Below are positions 39,250 through 51,395 of a DNA stretch of 64,000 nt, piece by piece. Position 1 is the stretch's first letter; the number at the start of each line of letters is the position of its first letter. Below the pieces are notes generated by a model, which was not told where the DNA came from, did no database searches, and worked only from the letters and a program-made list of their open reading frames with translations. The translations under genes were made by a program, and so were the position numbers. Origin of the DNA: Felis catus (taxonomy: Eukaryota); the NCBI RefSeq assembly GCF_018350175.1, contig NC_058376.1, positions 74,772,001 to 74,836,000 on the forward strand, in the 5' to 3' direction.

Positions 39250-39783
39250 TACTATTAAAAGCTGGTGGATTGGGGCTTTCAGTAATCAAATAAAATCTGC
39301 AGCTCTGTCAGCCACCCCTCCCCACCCCCCCCACCCCAATTCCTTAGCCTCTGTGAATAAAGCAGTGACCTGGGAGTTCTTGAGCCCGCTCCCCCACTCC
39401 TCGGAAAGGTCTTGCCAACTCGGCATTGTCCTGTTGGATTTGCAGTCAGATGTCTTATGCTGGCAGGCACTGGGCAGGCAATGAGTTCTTTCCCTGTAAA
39501 TTGGGCACAAAAAGACCGGCATGGGAGCAGCCTCTTTGGGGACAGCTGCTCTGAGACAATGCTGTAAGCAAGGCAGAAATTCCTCCTAGCAGAGGGCGAC
39601 TGGTGGGAGGAGTTCAGTTTGCTAAGTATTGTCATTTGCCGAGAGTAGGTGTGTGCACAAGAAGGAGTCTTAACCTGGAGAATCATTAACTCTTTCAGTC
39701 AGCTGGCTAGCTGCGGTGGCTCGGCAGGTTGGTCTCGGAGGCTCCTGCTCAGGAAGGCCAGGGAGAAGTGGAATCACTTTTTC
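39250..39783 (+). promoter_or_regulatory. ATP13A4: ATP13A4 proximal promoter / 5' UTR
   Basis: Repeat-free, moderately GC-rich sequence just upstream of the ATG. Contains C-tracts at 39315-39337 and a CTCF-like motif at 39586-39599. The TSS cannot be determined. Confidence 0.6.
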
Positions 39784-39846
39784 ATGGGGGACCACTTTGA
39801 GAAGGGCCAGCACGCTCTGCTCAATGAAGGAGAAGAGAATGAAATG
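39784..39846 (+). CDS. ATP13A4: ATP13A4 (P5B-type ATPase) first coding exon (63 nt; MGDHFEKGQHALLNEGEENEM)
   Basis: ttcATGG...GAAATG|GTAAGA with a consensus donor. The peptide matches the recalled ATP13A4 N-terminus, and divergent synteny with OPA1 is known in mammals. Exon 2 (EIFGYRTQG...) was not seen in the window. Confidence 0.93.
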
Positions 39847-39910
39847 GTAAGATTCTAGCCACACTCCCCTCTTCCTATTCCCATTCCCCAGCCTCCGATA
39901 CTGTCCCCTG

Positions 39911-39911
<1 letters not shown>

Positions 39912-39955
<44 letters not shown>

Positions 39956-39998
39956 CATGCACACATGCACACACATGCGTATGCACCACACACACACA
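39912..39998. repeat. (CA)n-rich microsatellite at the start of ATP13A4 intron 1
   Basis: About 21 pure CA units followed by imperfect CA/TG repeats. Confidence 0.95.
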
Positions 39999-41667
39999 CT
40001 CTCTCAGACATTCACATGCTTCTTTGCAATTTGACTCTGGTATTATGTGAGAAAAGGTAGTGTCCAAAAAGTCTCTCTGTCCCATAAATGTAATCTCTGA
40101 CAGCAGAAATTTGCTAGAATGAAAACACTGTATTCATTTTATCAAGAATGTTCTCTTTTTAAATGAAACAGAAAGGGAGAGAAGCACAATGCCACTTTAT
40201 GAAGCATTTTTGAGCCTCACGAGTCTAGCAAGTTCTGTTCAGAACTTTAATGATTTCAGCAAATCCCTAATGCTGGGATGCAGTGTATTCCTTGATAGGA
40301 AGAAACAGAACATCCACAGTGAGGCAGGAGTGCTGCTGAGTCTTTGACTCTCTTCTCACATATCTGTGTTCACAAAGAATGTTGGACTGGGAAAACATAA
40401 AATATTAACAATTATCAGCCTACACACTTCGCTGTTTACTTCTACAATTTTGCTTGTATGTCTCTAGGTATAGAGATTGATTACAAAAAACTTTCTGCAG
40501 TTCACTGTCTCTTTTATTTTAGATGTGTTCTCCTCTGAGGAACTATAGGAAAATCAAAGATGATTCTCATGTTCTTGCTGAATTTAAAGCTGTATTTGTC
40601 AATTACAATGCAATCAAGAGAGAGTTAGAAATGTGTACTTCAGATTAATAAGGCCTTTCTGCTGATTGTGTAAGTATAGTCTATACCAGTCATGGTGTAA
40701 TTAAAATGTTAAAATGTGGTACTCCCATTCTATAATAGCATTTTATCTTCTTGGAATTAATATATAAATAAGAAACCCAAAAGATGTTTATTTAAAATTT
40801 TTCTTGGTTAATTGCTTTAGCTCTGACTATTAAATTCTTTGTTCCTAAACTGGTCTTTCAAGTCTAATCTGCTTACCTGTTCCTATAGCAACAACATTTT
40901 TTGGACCTTCAAGAGTAGATCCCTTTTGCTATCAAAGCTGAAAAAATTATAAGGGAATAAAAGGCACCCAAATCTACATGGGCTTCTTAACCATCTCCTT
41001 ACTTCTTTTGGATTTGACTCTGCCGAATGACAAGTGTCTTTAGGCCCTAAGCAAATATCACTAGAGATGACCTCTGACCCTATGTTGAGGAGTGAATCTT
41101 CTATTATTCCCCATATTGAGTTGAAAATTTGACCCTCATCTTGGAATCCCTTCGCCAGAAGGCAGGGGCTCCTCCCTCAAATCCTCAGATGGAAACACAC
41201 CCACTCTTTTCTCATACTCTCATTTCTGCTCTTTGACGATTTGTCATTCAGTAGTCATTCAGAGTCATCCACTGGCTAGTAGACATTCCTACTGCTAGGG
41301 AAACCACCGTCCTGCTACTCTAGCCTACACATTGCGGCGTGGCAATTTTGTTCACAGTTCATCCTCATAATGGCACCGCCTGGTGCAGCAGGGTGTCAAC
41401 TTCATGTTGTGTGCCTCTGAAAGTCCAGTTAGGAGGCAGCCTTTGGTATGGAGAGGCACTCTGTGTTTCCCGGAGAGCGGTCATTTGGCCAGCAGTCTCC
41501 CTAATGGGGAGATGCGGCCATTAGTATGCAGTCTTGGGCTCTCCATCTTGTTCCGCCTGGAGAGACCTGGCCACCTGCCTGTTGCTGTGTCTGATTCTGT
41601 CCCTTGTAACTCACTGCTCCATTCCCCGTACCCAGAGCTGTAAACTTCCAAAATTATCAAGATCTCT

Positions 41668-42168
41668 TATTTATTTATGTATTTACTTATTTTTTATTTA
41701 CTTCTTTATTTACTTATTTATGACAGAGGATAACTGACACACAATGCTATATTATTTTCAGGTGGACATTCCATTGTCAGTGATCTGACAATTCTATACA
41801 TTACAAAATGCTCACCACAATAAGTGAGGTTACCATATGTCACCATACAAGTTTATCCCAATATTATTGACTATATTCCCTATGCTGTACTTTCCTACCC
41901 CATGACTTCTTTATTTCATAACTGGAAGTTTGTACCTCTTAGTCCCCTTCACCTATTTTGCCCATTCTCCCAACCCCTTCCCCTCTGGCAACCACCAGTT
42001 TNNNNNNNNNNNNNNNNNNNNNNNNNNNNNNNNNNNNNNNNNNNNNNNNNNNNNNNNNNNNNNNNNNNNNNNNNNNNNNNNNNNNNNNNNNNNNNNNNNN
42101 NNNNNNNNNNNNNNNNNNNNNNNNNNNNNNNTAGGTCCATCCATGGTGTTGTGAATGGCAAGATCTCA
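41668..42168 (-). mobile_element. Carnivore L1 3' end (5'-truncated)
   Basis: (TTTA)-type tail, then attgactatattccctatgctgtac...ataactggaagtttgtacct...cctctggcaaccacc. Confidence 0.85.
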
Positions 42169-42191
42169 CAAAAATTATTAAGATGCCTTAA

Positions 42192-42405
42192 AATTGTTTA
42201 ATGTTTATTTATTTTTGAGAAAGAGAGAGAGAGAGAGCACTACCAGGGGAGGGGCAGAGAGAGAGGGAGACACATAATCTGAAGCATGTGCCAGACTCCG
42301 AGCTGTCAGCACAGAGCCTGACACAGAGCTTGAACTCATGAACCATGAGATCATGACCTGAGTGGAGATCAGATGCTTAACCAACTGAGCCACCTAGGTG
42401 CCCCC
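42192..42405 (-). mobile_element. Can-SINE
   Basis: Reverse full-length SINE with TSD AAATTATTAAGAT. Confidence 0.92.
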
Positions 42406-42431
42406 CAAATTATTAAGATATCTAAAAGATA

Positions 42432-42653
42432 GGGGCGCCTGGGTGGCGCAGTCGGTTAAGCGTCTGACTTCAGCCAGGTCACAATCTCTTGGTCCGGGAG
42501 TTCGAGCCCTGCGTCAGGCTCTGGGCTGATGGCTCAGAGCCTGGAGCCTGTTTCCGATTCTGTGTCTCCCTCTCTCTCTGCCCCTCCCCCGTTCATGCTC
42601 TGTCTCTCTCTGTCCCAAAAATAAATAAACGTTGAAAAAAAAAATTAAAAAAA
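42432..42653 (+). mobile_element. Young full-length felid Can-SINE
   Basis: Near-identical to the copy at 7407. TSD AAAAGATAG at 42424-42432 and 42654-42662. Confidence 0.95.
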
Positions 42654-44477
42654 AAAAGATAGTCCACATATTTTTATAGTGAGATTGAGTTTACCCAGTA
42701 TTTTCTTGGCTACTAGCTAATTTGGTTTTTACTATACTTTGTAAGGTACATACTATGAATCACACCTTAAAGATGAAGAAATTGATGCACTGAGAATTTA
42801 CCTAAGGTTGCATCAGCCAGTAAATCCAGGAGCTGAGATACCATATGAATTAAGTTGGTACCTCTTTTTGCCTCTGGACCTAAACATAGCCTGGTGATAC
42901 CTTTTTCAATCCTTCCCAAGGACATTGTACTCTTAACAGATCACACTTCCTCCCTTGATATAACAAAGCTTGGGAGAATGTCTGATCTTCGATTCTCTAG
43001 GATCTGTTTTGTTATATATGATTTGTAGATTTGTAATTCCTGAATAAGTCCATCTTTTCTGACTTCAATTTTAATCCCTTTTAGAAAGCCAAAAAATTAT
43101 CTACAAATATGTCACCCCAAACTGTTTACAGTTTCTTGCTTTATAATATACATTATTTGGACCTTTGCAGAAGTTATTCCTTCAATGACAGAAATGACTT
43201 CAAATTTCAAGAAAAAACAACATTTGGGGGTTTAGCCCTCATGTCAAATGAATAACCAGAATATTTCCAGGCCTAAAGATGCCTGGGACTGTCTTCCATT
43301 CCAGAACAAAAGTAATAGGAACTAAAGAGCAACTCTAGGTGATATGAAAGTAATATTTCTTAAGTGCAAAATGAGACAAGAGACAAGAGAAGAAAGAATT
43401 TGTTAGAAGGACAAGGAAGAAAGGGAGGGGGGGAAGTAACCTTCAGAACAGGTTCCTCCAGATGACTGACTCCTAGGCAGTGCCTCTTTGAGTGGACCAG
43501 AGGCCCAGCTCTCACTTGCCTTGGGCTAGCCACTTGCTGCTCTAGCCTGTTTCCGTATTTGTCGAATAGGAGTGGTCCTTCTTGCCCTATCTGTCTCACA
43601 GGGCTCATATGAGGATCCGCTGAAATAAGCTATGGGGAAGGGTTTTGAGGAGTATAAAATTTGAGGTAAGTGTAAGCTCCTATTATCTAAACAAAGGAAA
43701 AGTCAGGGCTTCAACAATTAACCAATTGAATGACTACTACCCCCCAAAATGAGGTCATCTCTTCTCACTAAATAATGACAAGGAAGGAATGTACACTTCT
43801 ATTCACAAGCTACAGAGACCATTTATAAAGAGAGAACTGAGTTCCCTTAGACCTTGTAGTGCTTACTTTGAGAAAACCTCTCCCTGTCTTGGGACTATGT
43901 TTCCTCCATTGTAGAGGGAGAGTATCCGACCACCGGGGAGCTCGCATTCCTTTGAATTCTATTGTTACATATTTATGCTTTGAAACATCTTCGAAATACT
44001 GAGTGCTCATTTCCTTACAAATGACTTAACAAAGATGTCCTGCTTTAATTGATTAGAATATTGCTTACCATTATCCTTAGTTACACCCTAATGAAACCAT
44101 ACTCCTTTGGGGGAAGTGTTTTATTCTAGCGAGACTTGTTTCTGAAAGTAATGTTCCCCGATTTTTTTTTCTTTCCTAGGTTCTAGAAAATACAAAAAAA
44201 ATCAACCCTTGAGTTGTTTTCTGATTATAAACATAACATGTTTACTATAAAAATATTGAAATGACAAAAAAAGTCTAAAAAATGAAGTAGATAGGATTCA
44301 TAAATCTTCCACTCAGACCATGATCAGTATTGTTGACTCTCTTTCTAGACTTATAAAAAGTGCATACGCAAAATTCATCTAACATATAAAATTTAGTAAT
44401 TTTTTACTACACTTTACTATTATCTATACTGTTGCGTTTATTTACATCTGTGTATCTGTATCATGGAAATACTACAT

Positions 44478-44637
44478 AATGGTGTGCTACTTATGTCTCT
44501 TTCGACTCCACATTCAGTAGCCTGAAATGAATAATGTTGCGAATATTTATGCCATAGAAATCGGTAAATGCAACACAGGACTTACATCCTGACCCACCTG
44601 AAGGCCAGTTGGTCAATATTTACCAGCATACCACCGA
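44478..44637. mobile_element. MER63A-like hAT MITE
   Basis: TIR-like ends tggtgtgct and agcatacca, with internal atttatgccatagaaatcggtaaatgc. Confidence 0.6.
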
Positions 44638-46457
44638 ACATATTATTTCTTCAAGACTTCCATTTCCCCCCGATACATGTCTAAATACAGGAAGCATGTT
44701 GTATTTGGAGATCACCCATTTATTTGCACTATGCCTCATGCCAAAACACAATAAAAGCAATCACACTCTATTCTAAACATGCATACACATTCACAGATAT
44801 ATTTTATTTAAACAAAAAATGGAGTCATTCCATCTATACTTTTTTATGCTGTCCTTTTCATCACTGCTAAAAACATATCATGGATATATTTTCCTTTTGA
44901 TAATTATTGCTTCCACATAACTATTTTAATGTTTAAATTGTATTTAAATGAACTATGCCATATTCAGCAAATACCTTGTGTGGCATACTTGTGTTAGTTC
45001 TAAATGTTTTGACTGCGATGGGCAACTTTGTACATATACTTTCATATATTTGTCAGTTTATTTCCATAGGATAAAGTCCTAGAAATAGCACTGATGCACA
45101 AAAGGGGTTGTATGTTTAAATTTTGAGTGATGCATAATGCCAAATTACCTCTCATAAGATTGTGCATGTACTAAATTTACAGTCTGACTCGCAATTTTTT
45201 TGTTTTTGTTTTGTGTTTTAGAGAATATTTGCTTTCTCTACCCCATTTGCCAGTGTTGAGCATTATCCATCTTTTCAACTCTGGTTCGTCTGATATATGA
45301 GAATGATACTTTATTATTGTATTACTTTTGCATTTCCTTGGCTTGAAATTGAGTACATCTCTACATGTTTAGCAGCATTTATAGTTTTTTGACCGCAATC
45401 TCTTAACGTTATCATGTATGTCATAGCAACGAGTAGACTGCATAACTAAAGCCTGGTGAGTGGGGAAAAGCAAGAGAAACTCTTTCTGAACTTCCATGTC
45501 ATTTCTGAGAACAGCAAGAAGTCAGTGCTGTGATGAGCGCATAATAAGGCAGCAGGGTGGTGTGTGGTCTTTGCCACTTTGAAAGCCCTGTCGTGCCTTC
45601 AGCATGAGCAAGGGACATCTGTCCTCACCAATTATTTGGCTCACTTTCAGAGCCGATGTTCGTCTTTTCTTCTCTAACACCAGGAAGCGAAAGCACACCC
45701 CCCCACCTCAATAGCCATTTATTTATTATGCTCCGTGAGCACCTCCGAGTCGGTTGCCAATGTTAACTAGTGAACCCACAGATCTCATAGTGGGGGAATT
45801 GTGTTCAGACTGAGACATTTTGTCAGTTGAAGTGTTCAGGAAGCTGGGCCACTGGCCAAGTCTAGTGTCTTTATTCTTGATTCATTGCTGCAGAACTCCC
45901 ATGAAGTCAACTCATCTCGGACATAAACTCTTGAGGGGTAAGATTTAATTGCTTCTTGAGGACAGGGACCCTGCTTGCTTCACCTTTCTCTAGCCTCCCC
46001 CTTCCCTTTCTCCCTAGCCTCAGAATTTAGCATAGTGCTTGGCACACACAGTCAGGGCATCTTTGATAGCATGATTGCAAGCTCCATTAACCTGTAATTT
46101 TGCATTCTGAGAATAGGGAGGCAGCAGGGCTTAAAGGGAGAAGCAGTTTGAATAATCTAAAAAGAAACTTAGGAAATTGTATGTTATTTGTTTGGAGTGG
46201 CCAATCATCTTATGAATTTATCAATCGACTCCTCTTTCCTCCAAGCATAAACAGAGCTTATTCTTTGGAGTTAATTAGCCATACGACACTATTTTTCTAT
46301 GAGATCCTTTATGCTATCCTTTCATCCGTTCATGTATCAACTCAACAAATATTTACCAAACCCTTACTCTGTGCCAAGACTTCTCTGTGCTAACCAACGA
46401 GGATTTTGAGTGAATAGCAAAAAGCTTTTGTTTTTAAGGAGTTCACAGTCGAGCGGG

Positions 46458-46634
46458 CAGGCCTGAGTACATAATTTGTGGGGCCTAGTGCAAAATGAAA
46501 ATGAGGTGCCCCTTGTTCAACAATTATTAAGAATTTCAGGGTAGCTCTAGCCGAGCATTAAGCCAAGTTCAGGGCCCTTTTCAGCACAGGGCCCTGAGGA
46601 ATTACTCAGACATGTGGCCATGAAGTTGGCCCTA
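46458..46634. mobile_element. MER45A-like hAT MITE inside an L2 remnant
   Basis: cataatttgtggggcctagtgcaaaatgaaaatg...catgaagttggccct. Confidence 0.75.
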
Positions 46635-47225
46635 CAAGTGGGGGAGCCAGGGGCACAAACGTAATGAGAGTATGATAAAATAGGTGCCACTGGGAGAGTT
46701 ATGTACATGGAGTTGTGGGAGTGCAGATGAAAGAGAAACTCAGTCAAAGACAACTTCAAAGGGAGAGGTGGCATTTATTTCCCCTGGAGGGGTGGGTGAG
46801 GGCAAAATCATGAAAGGCTTTATAAGACACCCTCACGAGTGCACATTTTACCCTTTTGATTCCCAAACACTGGTCCCTGAAAAAACTGTGCCAGAATCAA
46901 GTTGAAGAATCTGTAAAGAATAGATTCCCAGACCCTGCTCCAGACGTCCTGAATTAGAATCTTTGGTGGTGGAGCTAGAATTGGTTAGAATGATTGTGTT
47001 GCCAGCCTGGTGGACACAATGATGCTGCTGCTGGAAATGAGAAATAATATGGTAGGATTCACCTTTCCAAAGAATGTTGTATCATGGCGACAGGAAGGTT
47101 GGTGGGAGGAGGAGAGACCAGGCAGGAGGTGTTTGAAATATCTTAGGTGAGAGATTCAGTTGCAACTGCCGCCTTGACACAGAGGATGCTGAGTAGAGAA
47201 TGGATTTGAAAAGTTACTTAGACTT

Positions 47226-47430
47226 GGGGAAGCCTGGGTGGCCAGTCGGTTAAGCGTCTGACTCTTGATTTCAGCTCAGGTCATGATCTCAGGGTTCATG
47301 AGTTTGAGCCCCGAGTCGGACTCTGCACCAACAGCACAGAGCCTGCCTGGGATTCAATCTCTCCCCCCTCTCTCTCTTTCTCTTTCTCTCTCTCTCTCTC
47401 AAAATAAATAAATAAACTTAAAAAAAAGAA
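47226..47430 (+). mobile_element. Can-SINE
   Basis: SINE head, B box, CT tract and A tail. Confidence 0.9.
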
Positions 47431-50377
47431 AGATACTTAGAATTGAGAAGATTTCATGATCCATAGATTGTGGGGTAAGAGAGAAGAGGTGAACAGGATG
47501 AGTAGGATTAAGGGTGTCTTTAAGATTCCTAGTTTGTACAGTTGGGCGGGGGGGGGGGGGTAGTTGATGCAAGCACTGAATCCCACAGGGAAAAGTAGGA
47601 ACAGGTCGGGAGTTGAAATGACAATAATAGTAGCAAATACCTATATGGTGATCGACGTGGACTAGGAACTTTACACACAGTAACGTACTTAATTCTCTCA
47701 GAAACCCTCTAAGGAATTATCACGTCTCTTCTGCAGATGAGGAAACTGAGGTGTAGAGAGGTTAAGTAGCATGACCAGATTCATTTGGCTAAGTAAATGA
47801 AAGGCTATGGCTTAAGATCCCAGTTTAAACATAATTGTTTACTGCCTCTTAATTTTTCTGAATTCTGAATGTATTACTTTAGCTGTTAATGGTGGCAAAA
47901 ACAGCAGGACCGTAACTGAAAGAAATACAACATTAGGAGACAGGAGACTACTAGCATTGTTGGGTTGGCTCTGCTGTTATCTATTCTTTCACATTTAAAG
48001 CAAATCACAGTCACCTCTCTTTGACTTTATCTCATTTACAGGGTGGAGATAATAAAACCTTACTAGCTTGAACCAGGGACCAAGGCCAATGGCTTCTTGA
48101 GGCCTTCTCTAATACACACAAAGGATATGATTTCACAAGTTCTAAAACAGGTGGATAAAATCACTGTGAAATATCTTAAGAAATTTAAGTGACACTTTTG
48201 ATTTTTTTCAAAGCACTATGAGTGTTTTAGTCAAGAAAAGGACAACCCATCTGGAGGCATTATGCCAAGTGGGAACTGAAATTTATGGCAGTTGTTATGT
48301 GAATTACTTCTGAATAAAGAGTAAACCCATTGATAAATGATTAACCAGTGCTGAACCCTATAGGGTCCTCAGGTCTCCAGAAGACATAGAGCACAGGAAC
48401 TTGGCCTTCAGAAGCATTGGTGCATTGGTGACGTGTCCAGAGGAGATTCATTCCTGGGTGCCAGTTTCAAGGCTTTGCCGCTATTTTAAAGCATTGTGAA
48501 GACTAGCCAGAGTGGGACCGCCTACCTACATGGCCTAAATCCCATTTCTGGATGCCTGTCATGTAAACCTTGATGAGTTGTCTGAAACCATAGCCTGGGT
48601 AGAGACGGAAGGCAGCTCAAAACACTGCCTCCTCAACTCTGTCCCCAGCCTAAGGCTACCCTTATGGAGAACGAACACAGCTATGCCCTAGATGCCCCCT
48701 CAGGTATCAGGGCAGAGGGGAGGCCCCAGTGTGCTGCGTGCTTTCCAGAGAAATATGTCCCCCAGGCTAGGACACTTTCTGATTTTACTAGTTATACACA
48801 GAGGGCTCTGGCTGGGACTATAATTATTTTGGCATTTCCAGGATCTATTAGTATCTCTCAGCCATGAATGGAAGATTTTGAAACTGTGACTCAAGTCTCA
48901 GAATCAGTAGAGATGATATGGTGAGATTAATGTTTTGAGGCCAGTTCAAAAACAAAATAATCTAAGAAGTGAATTGGGTAGATAAATAATTACTTTTACT
49001 TGCTTTTTTAATGGAAAAATGAGGTTGATTTTTATGGCACACATTTACCTTCAACGTTGCTCTCCTTCAACTTGGAATCATCAAGCAAAGCATGGATCTT
49101 TAGGTCGGAGATCAAGCCACCATGTGGAGGTTTTTCCTTTAGCCCAATTACAGCAGACAGTTATTTACTTGTCATTTTCTCTGCTCTCCCAAATGTGGTC
49201 TGCTTGCTCTTCCCAGAGTACATTATAGACTTTCTCTGCCAGGGACATGTCTTCTCCTTGATACCTGACCACTATGGTCCTGCCGATTTACCAGAAACCC
49301 ATCTCAAATCCGATTCCATGCCTTAAAGCTGTATGGGAGCCCCTGGGTCACCCTTGATCACTTCCTTGTCTGGAGTAGATTTAACTGCCTATTCGCGCAA
49401 TTTTCACAAGGTTTTATAGTAGAGTCATGTGTTTATCCTTCTCCCCCAATAGCTTGTGAGAGACAAAACCTCCAGGTCTCTTTTTACAAAAGTACTAGTT
49501 CTCTGATCTTTTGGGCATAGACGCAAACAGGGATACCTCTTCAGTTTTCAGCCATCTGTGCCTGCATTACTCAAGTGGTGTCTCCTCATGCTCTTGTCCC
49601 TTCCCCAACGGTGACCTCCTAGGCTTGTCACCGAGTGCCAAGCTTCTAGAAGGGGTAGAGAAGGTTATCTGTTACCCTTATTCAATTTTGTCTTAGGCAG
49701 TCCCTTTGTGTCTGGGCTTTGATGAGCGGTGCTTTATTAATATTCCTGTTTATCTTCTCCATGGCAGCTATGTCTTATACCTGAAGTTGGCTTCAGTTGG
49801 CTTTTCTGCCCCTCCGCCAGCAGTTGCTTGGGCTTGATTTTGTAGAATCTTGGTTTCAGGATGGCAAGTTGTAGAAGATATTTACTTCTATCCTTCGTCC
49901 AGCATCAGTGGGTTTTTGCTTTCGTTCTGGTAGAGAATTTCCTGCTTAGAAGTAGCTGGCCTTTGTTAATCTGGTCCTAACGGTTTTATTCTCAGACTTT
50001 ATACAGGGGGCCTTCTGGTAACTGAGGATATTACGTGTCCTCAGACTACACCAGTGGGGAAAAATTGCCTTTCTTTCCATAGTTGCAGCAAAATACTCAT
50101 CTGTTTTCTCACTGGCTCTGATTAGATCATCCCCTTTTCAAACTTATTAGTGCGGCCAGGAGAATACCAAGCTCTGAGGCACATGTCCATGTCTGCAGTT
50201 GGGGTCAGAATCAGCTCTACATGAAGTAAAGCTGAGGGTGGTGAAGTGGGTGGTTTGACAGAAAAAAGTAAGTGAGACAAATGGGGACTGAGTGGTCTCA
50301 ACAAAAAATATTAATGGAAACCAGAATTTCCAGTCTGATAGTCAATAAATAATAGTTTAACTGAACTGAATAGTGTT

Positions 50378-50570
50378 TATTTTTTAAATGTATATTTATT
50401 TATTTTTGAGAGCAAGAGAGAGCGGGGGGGGGTGGGTGGGTGGGTAGAGAGAATCCCAAGCAGGCGCTGCACTGACAGAACCCACGCAGGGCTCGAAACC
50501 GTGAACTGTGAGATCGCGACCTGAGTCGAAATCAAGAGTTGGATGTTTGACTGAGCCACCCAGGTGCCCC
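50378..50570 (-). mobile_element. Can-SINE
   Basis: Reverse SINE. Confidence 0.9.
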
Positions 50571-51139
50571 ATGAAAAGACATTGTTTAAAGTAGGCAGTT
50601 CCCCTATGTAATTTTCTTTGCTAGAGAGAATATAACATTTGGAGCTTTCTTGCTGGTATTTTAGATTATCTGTGAAGAAGTAGAAAAGGGCTTTTAAATA
50701 TATGTGCTTATTTTTCTAAAAAGAAATAAATATTTATTTTTCTAACTTTAAAAGTGAAACATATTCAGAGATTAAAATGTGTGCAACACGGATGTAAAAG
50801 AAGAATCAATGATTCCATCACCCAAGGCATATGTCATTAGTATTTTATCTGATCTATTTATCTTCCAGTCTTTTTTGTCTGTGCCTCACCTTTTTTCAAT
50901 TAAATTTGAAATTGCACTGTGTAATTTTATGTTGTTTCTCTTCACTTAATATTATTACATATGTTTTCCTTCATGTTATTAAAAATACATAATAAACATT
51001 ATTTTAATGACATAATATTACTTAATAATTACTCTATTCTTATATTCGAAGATTGCTTTCTATTTACTTCTACTACTAATATTGCAGTGAACATTTCTGC
51101 ATATGAGTCTTGTCTGTGTTTTGTGTAAGTTAGAGGGAT

Positions 51140-51140
51140 T

Positions 51141-51192
<52 letters not shown>

Positions 51193-51395
51193 TTTTTTAA
51201 GTTTATTTATTTTGAGAGAGACAGAGACAGCACAAGGTAGGGAGGGGCAGAGAGAAAGGGAGAAAGAGAATCCCAAGCAGGCTCTGCACTGTCAGCAGAG
51301 TCCCACACGGGGCTCAAACCCATGAACTGTGAGATCATGACCTGAGCTGAAACCAAGAGTCCGATGCTTAACTGACTGAGCCACCCAGGCGCCCT
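51140..51395 (-). mobile_element. Can-SINE with (TTTC)n tetranucleotide tail
   Basis: About 12 CTTT units at 51143-51190 adjoining a reverse SINE. Confidence 0.92.
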
